64,000 nt of DNA from Leptospiraceae bacterium. GTDB lineage: Bacteria; Spirochaetota; Leptospiria; Leptospirales; Leptonemataceae. The position numbers and the translations under genes were made by a program. Positions 1-10,839 of this stretch are shown here, piece after piece. Positions within the stretch are counted from its first letter, which is position 1, and each line of letters starts with the position of its first letter. Where the stretch lies: contig JAVJNR010000004.1 of assembly GCA_040217195.1 (NCBI GenBank), forward strand, positions 986,358-1,050,357, read 5' to 3'. The notes below the pieces were generated by a model, which had not been told where the DNA came from, did no database searches, and was given only the letters and a program-made list of their open reading frames with translations.

Positions 1-2
1 TG

Positions 3-203
3 CAAGAAATAGGAGATGCTGTGAGCTCCGGGGCAACTCCACCTTCCTTCGAAACCGTTCTCAGTCGAACCGGGGCCGGTAGTCAATGCGGTGCCTGCAT
101 TGGCGATGTTCATGCCATCTATCTTTCGCGTATTTTACTGCGACGGATTAAAGAAAGAAATCAGATTCCACTGCCCTTTTCAGAACTCACTGAATCACCA
201 TGA
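3..203 (+). CDS. BFD-like (2Fe-2S)-binding protein, 5'-truncated by the window edge
   Basis: Frame is open from the window start (QEIGDAVSSG...). TGAGSQCGAC matches the C-terminal half of the BFD-like ferredoxin motif. Confidence 0.7.
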   Translation, partial: QEIGDAVSSGATPPSFETVLSRTGAGSQCGACIGDVHAIYLSRILLRRIKERNQIPLPFSELTESP

Positions 204-491
204 CCTTAGTCTGTGATCCGGGGCTCCGATAGATTCCATATTGCAATGCCAGAGATGTCTGCATTGAAAGCCTCCGTACTGTCCGTTCTACCGTACGGTG
301 CGATTTAGATAATTTCGGGACCAGAGAGCAAGACGTTCCGGTTGTTCCATAGCCGATTCACGGTCCCTGGTGCGCACTTAGTACCCGGGAACGGACTTTC
401 TTCGCTGTAACGGCACCGAAAATATTGCACGACAAAGTTATCCGGCCATGTAACTCTGTGCCAGTATCCTACTGAATGGGAAGTATCAACA

Positions 492-965
492 ATGACCGAA
501 TCTCTATTAGATTATGACACCTGGGCCCATGGGCGGCTGAAGGAACATGCAGTTAGATTGGATGATGAACAATTCAACCGGGACCTGGGCGATGGGGTTG
601 GATCTATCAAGGAAAAACTAAAGCATCTTCACTGGGCAGAAGAAATCTGGATTCGCCGAATCCAGGGAGAAAACCCCGGAGCGGATGTCCCTCTGGCGGA
701 CCATTCCTCTCCCATTCCATTTTTTGAATCCTGGGACTCCAATCGCGATAAAAACCTGGCCCGCCTGCGAAGCGAAGTTCAGGGCAACCCGGGCAGAATT
801 GTCGAGTACAGGAATACAAAAGGACAGAGTTTCCAGCAGCCCATCTGGCAGATTGCTCTGCACCTGGTAAATCATGGAACTCATCATCGCGGACAGGTTT
901 CCAGTATGATGCGCAGGTTAACAGGGGCGCCGGTTCCGCTTGATATGATTCTATTTCACAGATAG
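492..965 (+). CDS. DinB family protein
   Basis: YDTWAHGRL, SIKEKLKHLHWAEEIW and HLVNHGTHHRGQVS match DinB His motifs. Confidence 0.9.
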   Translation: MTESLLDYDTWAHGRLKEHAVRLDDEQFNRDLGDGVGSIKEKLKHLHWAEEIWIRRIQGENPGADVPLADHSSPIPFFESWDSNRDKNLARLRSEVQGNPGRIVEYRNTKGQSFQQPIWQIALHLVNHGTHHRGQVSSMMRRLTGAPVPLDMILFHR

Positions 966-1226
966 GCATATCTTCGAACTCAAAACAGGGCCCGGGAGAA
1001 TAGACAAAGCCGGGCACTGATCAAATACAAATGAAGCCGATCCCGGATTATGCAACGAAGGAGCCAGAACGGTTCAAGAAGGAATTGGGATTCTAGATAA
1101 TTGCACGTCCCGCTGGTGGCCACCGGGACGCAGGGGGGCATAGGGGTAGGACGGCCTGCAAAGGTAATATTAAGGAATGTAACTCTGAATGACTCGGGCC
1201 GAACTCTTTACTCAGAGGCGAATTGA

Positions 1227-1625
1227 ATGTCAGCAGAACACTATGCAGAAGTAAACAAAGTAGAAGGCCCTTTCCGTGTGGAGTTTCAGGGCAATGTCCT
1301 GGCCGAATCGGATTATGCAATGGAATTGCAGGAGTATCATCCTAACTACGAATTCCAGCCAGTCTATTACCTTCCTTCAGATTCTTTGAACATGGAACAT
1401 TTCTCGAGTAATCAACATCATACAAGCTGCCCCATAAAGGGAAAAGCATCCTATGTAGACCTGAAATCGAACTCAGGATCTGTGGAAAATATCGCCTGGA
1501 CTTATCCGGAGCCTCTGGATTCTGTGAGCGAACTACAGGATACCTATGCATTTGATACCGGCAAACAGGTAACCATCTACCGATCCGGGACTGCCATCGC
1601 TCATAAAAGTATTCGAAAAAAATGA
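1227..1625 (+). CDS. DUF427 domain protein
   Basis: VLAESD...PVYYLP...TSCPIKGKASY...AWTYPEP; RBS GAGG upstream. Confidence 0.9.
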   Translation: MSAEHYAEVNKVEGPFRVEFQGNVLAESDYAMELQEYHPNYEFQPVYYLPSDSLNMEHFSSNQHHTSCPIKGKASYVDLKSNSGSVENIAWTYPEPLDSVSELQDTYAFDTGKQVTIYRSGTAIAHKSIRKK

Positions 1626-1984
1626 TTTCTTTCGCCAGAGACTGGCCTCAGGATTGCCTTTGACCGGTCTCTGCAAAGCCGCGGGAACTACCTGGCCCGG
1701 GAATTGATTGATCTGCAGTTGCCGCCTGACCCGGTCGCTTAACTACCGGATGCCAGAGCCATTGGAATTCCAGAGCTGCAAATCGGTGGGAATCCAGGTC
1801 ACCGGAAGGCCGCGATGGCATGGCCCTGAACGGGAAGCCGTAGCGATTCCATTGGACTGCTTTGGCTGGATGGACCGGGCCCCGAAACTGTAGGATTCAA
1901 ATCGATTGTGCTACTTTTTATCATCTCTATGAATGCGAATCAATCGAGATCAAATGCGATCCAAAAAATCAGGGAACCAGACCT

Positions 1985-2470
1985 ATGAATAATTCCGGAA
2001 GCCGGGCACGATGGCCTTACATTCTCCTGGTGGTACCACCGCTATTAATGATCCTGGGGTACTATCTGCATCATCGAGAAAGCAACATTCTGGCACGAAT
2101 GGACAGTACCGTCGGCGAAGTGCGAAAATCGGAAGTCTACTCCCAGGGACATGGAGAGAGCACCACTTACCATCTGGATCTTGAATATCGATACACCGTA
2201 GATGAGCGGGACTTTATAGGCCGCAAGATCGGCATGGCCAACATTATGTACGAGGAAAAGCAGGATGCAATGGATGCCCTTGCCAGGTTCCCCGTAGGTA
2301 AAGAACTTCAGGTCTTTTTTGATCCGGAAGATCCGGGCCTGGCCGTATTGACCAGGGAAGAACCGGACAATGGACTCATGACTATGACCATGGCCGGCAT
2401 TCTTTTATTATTTCTGTGGCCCGTCGCATTTCTTTTTCTCTGGCAGGACAAGAAGAATCGAGCCAGCTAG
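1985..2470 (+). CDS. DUF3592 membrane protein
   Basis: TM, then LEYRYTVD...FPVGKELQVFFDPEDPGLAVL, then TM. ATG 1985 preferred over the longer ORF start at 1862. Confidence 0.8.
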   Translation: MNNSGSRARWPYILLVVPPLLMILGYYLHHRESNILARMDSTVGEVRKSEVYSQGHGESTTYHLDLEYRYTVDERDFIGRKIGMANIMYEEKQDAMDALARFPVGKELQVFFDPEDPGLAVLTREEPDNGLMTMTMAGILLLFLWPVAFLFLWQDKKNRAS

Positions 2471-2523
2471 GCCCTCATTAGATATTCGCCGCACCTCTTA
2501 ATTTCTATTCTTCGAATCTCCAT

Positions 2524-5319
2524 TCAGGCAGATCTAACTTTATGGATCTGTTCTTTGAGCTTTACGGCCTTTTCGTTCTCCGGTTCCGATTCCAGCACCT
2601 GTTCCAGAAAGCTCATGGCTCTGGAATGGTTTCCAAGAGCTGCATAGATTCGTGCAAGATTCAATAGATATCTAGTATTATGGGGCTCCCTCAATCGAAT
2701 CCGTTCACCATAATCTGCAGCCTTTTCTAGCTGACCCACTCTGGAAGCCGCATAGCTTACAGCATATAGCATCTCGGTGTCCGCTGGCTTTAGAAAAGAG
2801 TAATCCTCGGCAACACTCAATGCCCTGGAGTATTCCTTTCTGCGAAGGTAGGACTGGGCAAGCAACCGAATCAAAGAGGTCTCTCTGGTTTCTTCAATTT
2901 CAGCATCTTCCAGAAGATTGGAGACCTTAACAAAATCCCCGGCTCGATAGGACTGCATTGCCTGATCATGCAGAGCGGAGAACTTACTGGAAACATCCGG
3001 CCCGGGATTCACCAGGTCTTCCCGATAGCCAATGCGCAGAAGAGACAGATCATCGGTTAAATCTCCTTCAGACAGAAGAGATTCCACTATCGCTTCCAGA
3101 TTGCCATTGGCCTGCTCAACATGCCTTAAGAATACATTTTCATCGTGTTGCAGAGATTCGCTTCCATCTGTATTTTTAAGAAGTAGGTCATCCCGACCAT
3201 CCGAACCTGCAATCAGTACATCACCGGGCTCCAGCTGGATAGTCTTAACGAAAATTGTACTGTCCACTCCCAGGGTTCCCAGCTTTCGAAAATCCAGATC
3301 AGATTCTATGAAGTCTGCTTTCTTATCCCGAAAGAGCACAGACCAGGGGTGCTCTGCATTGATCATGTATACCAGGCCGCTATCATCGTCCACGAGGCCG
3401 AATACCAGAGAAATGAGCATGCTTCCATCAAATGTTTCGAACACTTTATGCAGCTCAATGAAAGCATTCTTCAGCCATCGCTCCGGATGATGGCCGGACG
3501 CTTCGCCAGAAAGCATTGTACGGTCAACAATGGCTTCCAGAACAGCTCCCAGAACCAGAGCTCCGCCAGCTCCCTGCATGGATTTACCCATTGCATCTGC
3601 ATTCATGAACAGGGTATGCGGGCGGCCTTTAAGTTTTATGGACTCTGCCATACATAGATCGCCTCCGATTTCATCGGCCCATTTTCGGAACTGAAAGTTT
3701 TTCTTTTGACGGATTACGAAATCCACGTTTACCGTTTCGCTTCTGGAACGATTCGCCTGGAGCGGCCTAAGCAGCAGGGAGGTAAGAAAGTAGTCACCAT
3801 CCTGCTGGTCCTTCAGCTCCTGAACACGACTAAGAGTCTTTTGAAGCTCGGCTGTTCTTTCCTGGACTTTTTCTTCCAATCGATCGGCGTAATCTTTGAG
3901 CTTGGCCTGAGCATCTCGAATCGAAATAACCATACCATTAAAATAGTGACCAAGCTGCCCGATTTCGTCTTCAACTCTGACACGCACATTGGCGCTTAAA
4001 TCCCCTTCATCTACTTTTTTTACAGCACCCAGAAGTTCAAGAAGGGGTCGAATTAATGCGCCGGAAAAGAAAATCGGAAAACCAGCCAGGATTACAATAA
4101 TGACGCTTAACAACAGAAGAGCCAGGGTTGAAGCTCCATCGTGAACGTACCTTCGATAGGCCAGATACGAAAAACCAACTTCAAAACTCTCCAGTGTATT
4201 CGTTTCGGTTTGTTCCTGAAGAACGTAACTCACATATCGCACCTGCCCGGTATCGCCGCCGTCAGCCGGCAGGGCCATCTGAAACGAACCAGACTGTAGA
4301 TCTGATTGACTCTGCTGTGGTGTAGTAGAATGCCCATCCGCCGGCGCTTCATAGTCCTTTAAAAAAGAAAGGGAAGGTAAACTGGCCTGCCTGATTCTAT
4401 CCCCCCCTGAGAAATAGTTGATTTCACCGTTTGAAGATCGAAGAAACATAGGTGCCACCAGTGGTTCTTTCAACCGACCATGGTAAGCTGCTCTTGCCTC
4501 TTTTTCACGAAGCTGATCGAATGCTCTGGTTCTTTCACCCAGTACAGAAAAGCTAATTGCCTGCATTACCAGAAGCATGGTGACCATGCTAATACCAATT
4601 ATTTTCGCCAGAAACGTGGTGCGATCCCTGGTATTGTTCATGTAGATGACAGTGGCGGCAAACAGGCCTATTACAACAGTAAGCGAAAATGTGGTCTGAA
4701 AAACATCTCTGCCTATGGCTCCCTCCCGGCTCATGGAGTTGGTCACCCCCTGGGCAAGCCCACAGAAGAACAGAACTACTACAAGGCCAAGAAGAGCCCA
4801 TCGTTCACGTCCGCTGGTAACGATTAACTTTGCAATTCCTACGACCAGCTGTATGGCGGAGTTCAACAAGATCACAACGGCCACAACTGCAGTTCCATCT
4901 TTAATTACGAAGTCCCAGTAATGACCATCAAAATGATAGGTTACAGGAGCACCGATGGAAGAATAGAAAAAGAAGCCAGCTGCGAACGTTATTAGCAGTA
5001 ATTGAATAGCAAGCAACACAGACGTAAAACGAGGCCAGCGATTTGTGGGATACCGCAGATATAGATGCGAAGGAAATACAGACATGGCCAGACCGAATGG
5101 AACCGTTATCCATCTATGATAGGCAGCCAGAGGTACCAGAAAGGAAGAGGAAACGAAATAGGCCACGTTCAACATGCCTGCGCAAATCAAAAGGCCTGCC
5201 ATGTATCGCATGGTGGTGGAGCCACCCCGAACAAATAGAAAGTACAGACCCATGGTTAGGCCCATGGTAAGGCCGATAATCGAGCTTACGGAATAATAGG
5301 TCAGAAAGAATGAATCCAT
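2524..5319 (-). CDS. Multi-TM, HAMP, SpoIIE/PP2C phosphatase with C-terminal TPRs
   Basis: N-terminal TM helices; HAMP (EDEIGQLGHYFNGM); PP2C motifs IGGDL, DAMGK, SDG, DDLS; TPR-like tail. Confidence 0.9.
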   Translation of the reverse strand: MDSFFLTYYSVSSIIGLTMGLTMGLYFLFVRGGSTTMRYMAGLLICAGMLNVAYFVSSSFLVPLAAYHRWITVPFGLAMSVFPSHLYLRYPTNRWPRFTSVLLAIQLLLITFAAGFFFYSSIGAPVTYHFDGHYWDFVIKDGTAVVAVVILLNSAIQLVVGIAKLIVTSGRERWALLGLVVVLFFCGLAQGVTNSMSREGAIGRDVFQTTFSLTVVIGLFAATVIYMNNTRDRTTFLAKIIGISMVTMLLVMQAISFSVLGERTRAFDQLREKEARAAYHGRLKEPLVAPMFLRSSNGEINYFSGGDRIRQASLPSLSFLKDYEAPADGHSTTPQQSQSDLQSGSFQMALPADGGDTGQVRYVSYVLQEQTETNTLESFEVGFSYLAYRRYVHDGASTLALLLLSVIIVILAGFPIFFSGALIRPLLELLGAVKKVDEGDLSANVRVRVEDEIGQLGHYFNGMVISIRDAQAKLKDYADRLEEKVQERTAELQKTLSRVQELKDQQDGDYFLTSLLLRPLQANRSRSETVNVDFVIRQKKNFQFRKWADEIGGDLCMAESIKLKGRPHTLFMNADAMGKSMQGAGGALVLGAVLEAIVDRTMLSGEASGHHPERWLKNAFIELHKVFETFDGSMLISLVFGLVDDDSGLVYMINAEHPWSVLFRDKKADFIESDLDFRKLGTLGVDSTIFVKTIQLEPGDVLIAGSDGRDDLLLKNTDGSESLQHDENVFLRHVEQANGNLEAIVESLLSEGDLTDDLSLLRIGYREDLVNPGPDVSSKFSALHDQAMQSYRAGDFVKVSNLLEDAEIEETRETSLIRLLAQSYLRRKEYSRALSVAEDYSFLKPADTEMLYAVSYAASRVGQLEKAADYGERIRLREPHNTRYLLNLARIYAALGNHSRAMSFLEQVLESEPENEKAVKLKEQIHKVRSA

Positions 5320-5834
5320 TGGCCTGAATTATTGAGCCTCCGGATAACGGGTCAAGTGGCCTTTTCTATTTGCTCAGATTTGCTTGTTAAAAGATGCGCT
5401 GCCAGGACGTCGCCGGCAGTACCAAAGTCCATGCTCCCATCGGCGTACTAGCTGGAGTGGATCAAAGTTTGTGTAACAGCTGTAATAGAGTCGTAGATCA
5501 GGAAACTCGGAAGACCTGTTGGAGTGTTCGCCGGGGAGTTGCTCCATTCGGTGGTGGATCCTCTCGGTCGTGGATGCTTTCGGTGGATGAACCGCCAAAG
5601 ACATCAATCGCTTTGAGCCCTATCGCCGAATTAATAATCAAAATGTATTTCTGGCAGCTTGCACAGTCGTTCTTGAACACTGTTAATTTTGATTATCCTG
5701 GTCACCAGAGCAGAAGTATAAAGTCTCAGGGCTGTTATCCATACCATCCATGGATTTGATGGAATGCATCCATAGGCCGCCAGGTGACTGTCCGAAAGGC
5801 CCGGGATTATGCCGATTAAGAAATGTTGCACTGA

Positions 5835-6914
5835 TTACTTCTTCAGGCTCTTTAGGTATTCGCGGGGAGATAAACCGGTTTCGGTCTTAAATGCCAGGTT
5901 AAAATTTGCCTTACTGTTGAATCCACATTGGTAGGCGATGGATAGTATGCTGGCATCGGATTCCAACTCGAGCAGTCTTCGCGCTTCCTCCACACGGTGC
6001 GAGTTTACATACCGGGCGAAATTGGAACCCATCACTCGATTCAAATATTCAGATAGCTGGTAATGCTTGATTCCGGCCTGGTCGGCCAGTTCTGCAACGG
6101 ACAGATCTTCATCCAGATATACTTTCTCCTCCATGAGCTTATCCAGCCGGTCCTTGAGCTGCTGCAGATCCACTCCTTCCAGCCGGGTGGCTCTGGCCTG
6201 CTGAATTGCTTTTTCGTACCTTTCTCCAAGGTGAGGATGCCGGGCCGAAAAGACCCAGATAAACATGGTGTACACAGCCAGGGCGCTAGCCGCCCCATAT
6301 ATTCCGTCCAGATATCGAAATAGATAGGCCAGAAGAAAAAATACAGTACCTACAAAACCGCCTATTACGATCCCCAGAAGGACACGTAGAGCTCCCTGCT
6401 CTTTTAGCTTCTGAAAATCCAGGTTATGACCTATAAAATGCCAGATTATCCCGTACATTAGAAGCCCATACATTAAACCTGCGATCATCGAAGAGTCCAG
6501 CCAGTGCAGCGCTCCGGTCTGAAAATACAGTACTGGATAGTGTTCCAATTCCCCTGGAAAGCAAGCTGCCAGTGCAGCATAGACAATCCAGAGAAGAATA
6601 CCTGGCAGGAATGGTATAGATTGCCACCAGGAAAACTCTCGTTCCGGTTCAATGTAGCAAACGGCAAGCCAGTACATTGTAGGTGCCAGAAACCAGCTCA
6701 TGGGAACATAAAGATGATTAAGCCAGCCAGTGGAGGAATAGAGGCCTTCATGATTCAAATATACGAATAGAAATATTACCGCGCCGGCGAACCTTAGAAT
6801 AGCAATCCACAGGACCACCGGTGTGAATGCTCGCTCAACGAGACCACGAATTGTTGCAAGTAGTGTAAAAATCGCCGCAAATGAAATTGTGAGTCCGATT
6901 AGATGCGAAATCAT
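5835..6914 (-). CDS. Membrane-embedded AraC family regulator
   Basis: About 7 TM helices followed by AraC double HTH (YLDEDLS...IAYQCGFNSKANFNLAFK). Confidence 0.9.
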   Translation of the reverse strand: MISHLIGLTISFAAIFTLLATIRGLVERAFTPVVLWIAILRFAGAVIFLFVYLNHEGLYSSTGWLNHLYVPMSWFLAPTMYWLAVCYIEPEREFSWWQSIPFLPGILLWIVYAALAACFPGELEHYPVLYFQTGALHWLDSSMIAGLMYGLLMYGIIWHFIGHNLDFQKLKEQGALRVLLGIVIGGFVGTVFFLLAYLFRYLDGIYGAASALAVYTMFIWVFSARHPHLGERYEKAIQQARATRLEGVDLQQLKDRLDKLMEEKVYLDEDLSVAELADQAGIKHYQLSEYLNRVMGSNFARYVNSHRVEEARRLLELESDASILSIAYQCGFNSKANFNLAFKTETGLSPREYLKSLKK

Positions 6915-6931
6915 AACCGCTTTCCAGAGAT

Positions 6932-8971
6932 TTATCCTGCCAGCTCCGCAACACCGGCTCGTTTCATTCTTTCCAGATAGAAATGCGCAGCCGAATCCAT
7001 GGGATTCTCTTTTAAGATTTCTTCAAAGGCCCGGGCGGCCTCTGCGTATTGCCCGGCGAGAGCCTGAGACACCGCGTCCTCGAAAGCATTTTTAGTATTC
7101 AGATAGAGGTATCGCACATCATCGGAATACCCGTCCAGTACATGATATATCTTTAACGCTGTGCTTCTTCCCTTTACTTTTACTCGTCCCAGCAATCGAA
7201 GTGTATAATCTTCCGGATGTTTCAAAGAAGCCACAGCTGCATCCGTGATGATTGTCATTACTCCATACTTTCGCGTCAGCCTTTCCACTCTGGACGCTGT
7301 ATTAACTGTATCCGAAATGACGGTACCTTCCATTCGGTTTTCATGACCTATTATTCCAAGCATGATATCCCCTGAATGGATTCCAACGCCTATGGAGATT
7401 GGTTGGTATCCTTTTAAGCCACGGTGCCGATTATAGACCCGGATTTCTCTTTGCATCTCAATTGCTGCTCTCAAGCCATCGTCCACTTTGTCTGGGAATA
7501 GTGCCATAACTGCATCGCCAATATACTTATCTACAAAGCCCCCTTGATTATTTACAAGCGGAGTCATCCTTCGCAGGTAAGAATTCAAGAAATTGAAATT
7601 TTCTTCGGGACTCATTCTTTCGGATAGAGTCGTAAAAGAACGAATATCCGTAAACATGACCGTCATTGATTCCTGCACTTGATCACCCAGATTCACCTGG
7701 GTAATATCCGATCTACCCAGCATTCGCAAGAGCTCACTGGGTACGAATCTGGCCAACGAAGTATTCGTATTCTTTAAACTCTCAGAGAGCTTTCTTACTC
7801 CTTCATAGGCCAGCGCAAACATGCGCGCCAGAAGATACGATTGGGCCAGGATAAAAATAAGCAAGCCGTAATGAAACAGAGGCCCCACAGGACTTACTCC
7901 GCGATAGAAAAGCACATCATTAACAGCCATTAAGCAGGCAACCACACCACCCAGCAAGGAAGGGATGGCTCCGGTTTTGCCAAGAACCACAGCAACTATC
8001 CAGATGTAGATCGTACACATCACAGAAAAGAGGATAAGAATATGGAAGACCCAGAGTAAATCTGCATAGATAAACATAGAGGTCAGACCAATAAATATAG
8101 TCGCAATGGCCCCCAGGCTCAAATTGATTCTGCTGAGCCACTTGCCTCCCTTAACCGGGAAGGTGGCGGCCAGAAAAGCTACAAACAACGGACCGGCCAG
8201 AATAAACGATATGTATTCGATTGCTATCTGAATAGAATAATTCAGGTCCCAGAGGTTGCGAATCATCACCTCATCGGTAAACAGCATGCGAATTGACCAG
8301 GATAAACAGACCAGACCAAATAGAAGCGATGCTCGATCGCTGCGCCGATTTAGAAACAGGCCAATGTGATAGAATGCCATTCCCAGGATAACTCCCATGG
8401 AAATCACATTTCGCAATATGGAACGTTCTCGATGATTCTGGATTATCTGTGACTTCCCGATCAATGGAGCTTTTCGCAGTCCCCCTCTTGGATGAGAATA
8501 GTTCGAGAAGGCAACAGCGATGGTAACTTCTTCTCCGGATCTAAACGGAAACACTGTTGGTATCGAATCTGGATTTTCCCTGGCTTCTTCCTCAGCAGGC
8601 AGTCCCCGGCCACCAGAGTAATCACCATTAAGATACAGGGAAAACGCAGAGCCAACGTCAAACATGTAAAGACTTAGCGATTGATTCTGCCAGCTTTGAG
8701 GAAACTGTAGATGTATAACGTAAGTTCCATACCTGGGAGGATTGGCTTCTGTCAGTAGCAGTGGAGCGTCTTCTCGGGCTTCTCCGGTACAATCATCCCC
8801 TTTGCAAAACTGATTCTCATACAGTTTCCAGGATCCAGAAAGCTGAATCCGGGTTGCTTCGGGCTGCAGCCCACCCTGCTTTTCCAGATCCGCAGGTCGT
8901 GAACATGCAATCAGAGAAACAAGGAAAGTTAGCAACAGCAGGAATGAATACCGGAACCTGGGACTACTCAT
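6932..8971 (-). CDS. Class III adenylate/guanylate cyclase with extracellular and 7TM (DISM-like) sensor region
   Basis: FTDIRSFT, VDKYIGDAVM, GIHSG, DTVNTASRVE; Lys in DKYIGD suggests ATP specificity. Start at MSSPRF (lipobox-like LIAC) chosen over 9070. Confidence 0.9.
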   Translation of the reverse strand: MSSPRFRYSFLLLLTFLVSLIACSRPADLEKQGGLQPEATRIQLSGSWKLYENQFCKGDDCTGEAREDAPLLLTEANPPRYGTYVIHLQFPQSWQNQSLSLYMFDVGSAFSLYLNGDYSGGRGLPAEEEARENPDSIPTVFPFRSGEEVTIAVAFSNYSHPRGGLRKAPLIGKSQIIQNHRERSILRNVISMGVILGMAFYHIGLFLNRRSDRASLLFGLVCLSWSIRMLFTDEVMIRNLWDLNYSIQIAIEYISFILAGPLFVAFLAATFPVKGGKWLSRINLSLGAIATIFIGLTSMFIYADLLWVFHILILFSVMCTIYIWIVAVVLGKTGAIPSLLGGVVACLMAVNDVLFYRGVSPVGPLFHYGLLIFILAQSYLLARMFALAYEGVRKLSESLKNTNTSLARFVPSELLRMLGRSDITQVNLGDQVQESMTVMFTDIRSFTTLSERMSPEENFNFLNSYLRRMTPLVNNQGGFVDKYIGDAVMALFPDKVDDGLRAAIEMQREIRVYNRHRGLKGYQPISIGVGIHSGDIMLGIIGHENRMEGTVISDTVNTASRVERLTRKYGVMTIITDAAVASLKHPEDYTLRLLGRVKVKGRSTALKIYHVLDGYSDDVRYLYLNTKNAFEDAVSQALAGQYAEAARAFEEILKENPMDSAAHFYLERMKRAGVAELAG

Positions 8972-9263
8972 GAGTTTCGTAGAGGAAGATACGCTTGCAG
9001 GTTCGCAACCAGAAATTGGCTTAGATGGGAAAACAATAATGCAGTTAGCCCTGATCGGCCGGTGGCCCACTCCTGAAACGAATAGCTAATTGTTGGAATT
9101 AGCGATCCTGGTTTCAGACAATCCAATGCAAGGGGGCACTCTCTACCTGGGTACAGAAGCTTCATCCAGCTCTGATAGTCATAGATGGGAATGATTTATG
9201 GAATTCAAGACGGGCGATGAAACCGCTCAATGGAAACATTCAATATTCGCATTATAGAGTAGA

Positions 9264-9569
9264 TCATAAAGACCAGGACTCATGCCAGACCTGCATCACA
9301 TCCTGAATCCCTCGACGGACCATCTCTTCATCAAACTCATCCTTTTTTCGTAGTATTTTCTCAACTTTGCTGAGCACTCCTCTGAGAAAAACCGTTTGCT
9401 CCGCTTTGCTGGAGCGAAGTACGGAATCCAGTTTGGTACTCCGATCATCCAGTTCTGCAACAAGCGCTTTGGTTATTACCTCCAGGGCATCATCCCGGTC
9501 CATTGCAAGCTTGGCCTGCATGGCACGAGCCCCGGTATCGATCATCTTGATTTGACGGTCCATGCTCAC
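9264..9569 (-). CDS. Hypothetical helical protein
   Basis: 101-aa ORF with RBS AGGA and protein-like composition; no family recognised. Confidence 0.65.
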   Translation of the reverse strand: MSMDRQIKMIDTGARAMQAKLAMDRDDALEVITKALVAELDDRSTKLDSVLRSSKAEQTVFLRGVLSKVEKILRKKDEFDEEMVRRGIQDVMQVWHESWSL

Positions 9570-9642
9570 GGTCCTTTATGGTGCTCAACCGGTCTGGAAG
9601 TCAGCAATTTTTCCATTCAACAATTCCGATCCTTTCCTCAAA

Positions 9643-9999
9643 ATGAGCCAGATGAAGCAAGACATACTCAAGGTAGTCTCTTCCATACCGGAGGGGAAGG
9701 TTTGCACTTACGGAGATATTGCTCGATTTCTTACAATCTCGCCTCGAAATGTGGCCTTTGCTCTGGCTGGAATGAGCAAAGAAGAGTCCAGGCGAATTCC
9801 GTGGCAAAGGGTAGTTTCTGCCGGAGGCTGGTTGAATCGGGATCGAAAGGCAGGGGATAAGGAACAGGAAAAACGTCTTATCTCTGAAGGAGTTCGTGTA
9901 GTGGATCAAAAGGTGGATTTAGCGATCTATGCCGTAGACGTTCGAAAGTTAAAATCAGGCATTCGAGGTGGTCGCTTCTACGGCGGTGCATCAAAATGA
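9643..9999 (+). CDS. Alkyltransferase-like (ATL/MGMT family) DNA-binding protein
   Basis: IPEGKVCTYGDIA...SPRNVA...IPWQRVV; Trp replaces the catalytic Cys of PCHRV. Confidence 0.85.
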   Translation: MSQMKQDILKVVSSIPEGKVCTYGDIARFLTISPRNVAFALAGMSKEESRRIPWQRVVSAGGWLNRDRKAGDKEQEKRLISEGVRVVDQKVDLAIYAVDVRKLKSGIRGGRFYGGASK

Positions 10000-10207
10000 T
10001 GCAATATAAGAATGGTCAGAATTCGCCACTACTCCGAAAGCAAAGTAAAACTAAGAATCGAAAAAGATTTTAGATCAAATAATAAATGCATGCGGCAAAA
10101 ACCCGGGGACTCATTATTCAAGCACCGAGAATTGTATTTTGGCACCTAGAACTCTTTTTAGGAACGGAAAAGAGGGTAGTTACGTCTAATTCTCGCAGGA
10201 GATAACA

Positions 10208-10825
10208 TTGGTGATGGAAATAATCTATTTAGTATTTCTGGTTTTTTCCGGAAACAATCTGGATCAGGTGCACCTGGAAGCCTGGCATAATTATTCCCGA
10301 GGGCCAAAGTTTTTGATCAATCGCCCCTGCGAAGACACGATAAAAGACCCTGCCTTCCAGGCTCATCTAAAAAAGACGCTAAAACCAGGCCAGAAAGGTA
10401 AGCTATTGTGCAGGACCTACTCGGAAGTGGATTCAATCACATCATTAAGCAATGCGCCTGGGGTGGACTTGCTTCCTGCCAGCAGGCAAAAGCCTGAGGC
10501 CTCTGATTCCGATGCTAGTATTCTGGAAGGAAAGCTTGTACACAGACCCTACGAAGAAGGACGAAAAAGTGTAGAAGCCTATCTGGGGCAGGAATTCTTT
10601 CTGCAGCAAGAAGACGGTGAAGAAGTAGCCATTTATCCAGGAAAAGAGTTTTCCCGAAATGCTCTAATAAAGCTAAAAAATCAGAAAATTCGCATACGAA
10701 CCAGATTCGTAGACAGAACCCCGAAAGTGGATCCGGCACAACCCATGTCCTATCCAATGGAGTCGGATGGTTCACCAATGAGGCGAACAGGCTATGAATT
10801 AATTGAGCTTAATCCTCAGGAGTAG
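10208..10825 (+). CDS. Hypothetical protein with hydrophobic N-terminus
   Basis: 205-aa ORF with AGGAG RBS; no family recognised. Confidence 0.7.
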   Translation: MVMEIIYLVFLVFSGNNLDQVHLEAWHNYSRGPKFLINRPCEDTIKDPAFQAHLKKTLKPGQKGKLLCRTYSEVDSITSLSNAPGVDLLPASRQKPEASDSDASILEGKLVHRPYEEGRKSVEAYLGQEFFLQQEDGEEVAIYPGKEFSRNALIKLKNQKIRIRTRFVDRTPKVDPAQPMSYPMESDGSPMRRTGYELIELNPQE

Positions 10826-10839
10826 AGATTTCGCAGAGC

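Noticed and set aside
5374..5831. Short ORFs in the gap between the SpoIIE and AraC genes
   Set aside because: Several overlapping ORFs on both strands with no motif or clear RBS. Degenerate GTCGT.GAT repeats do not fit the N14 motif spacing.
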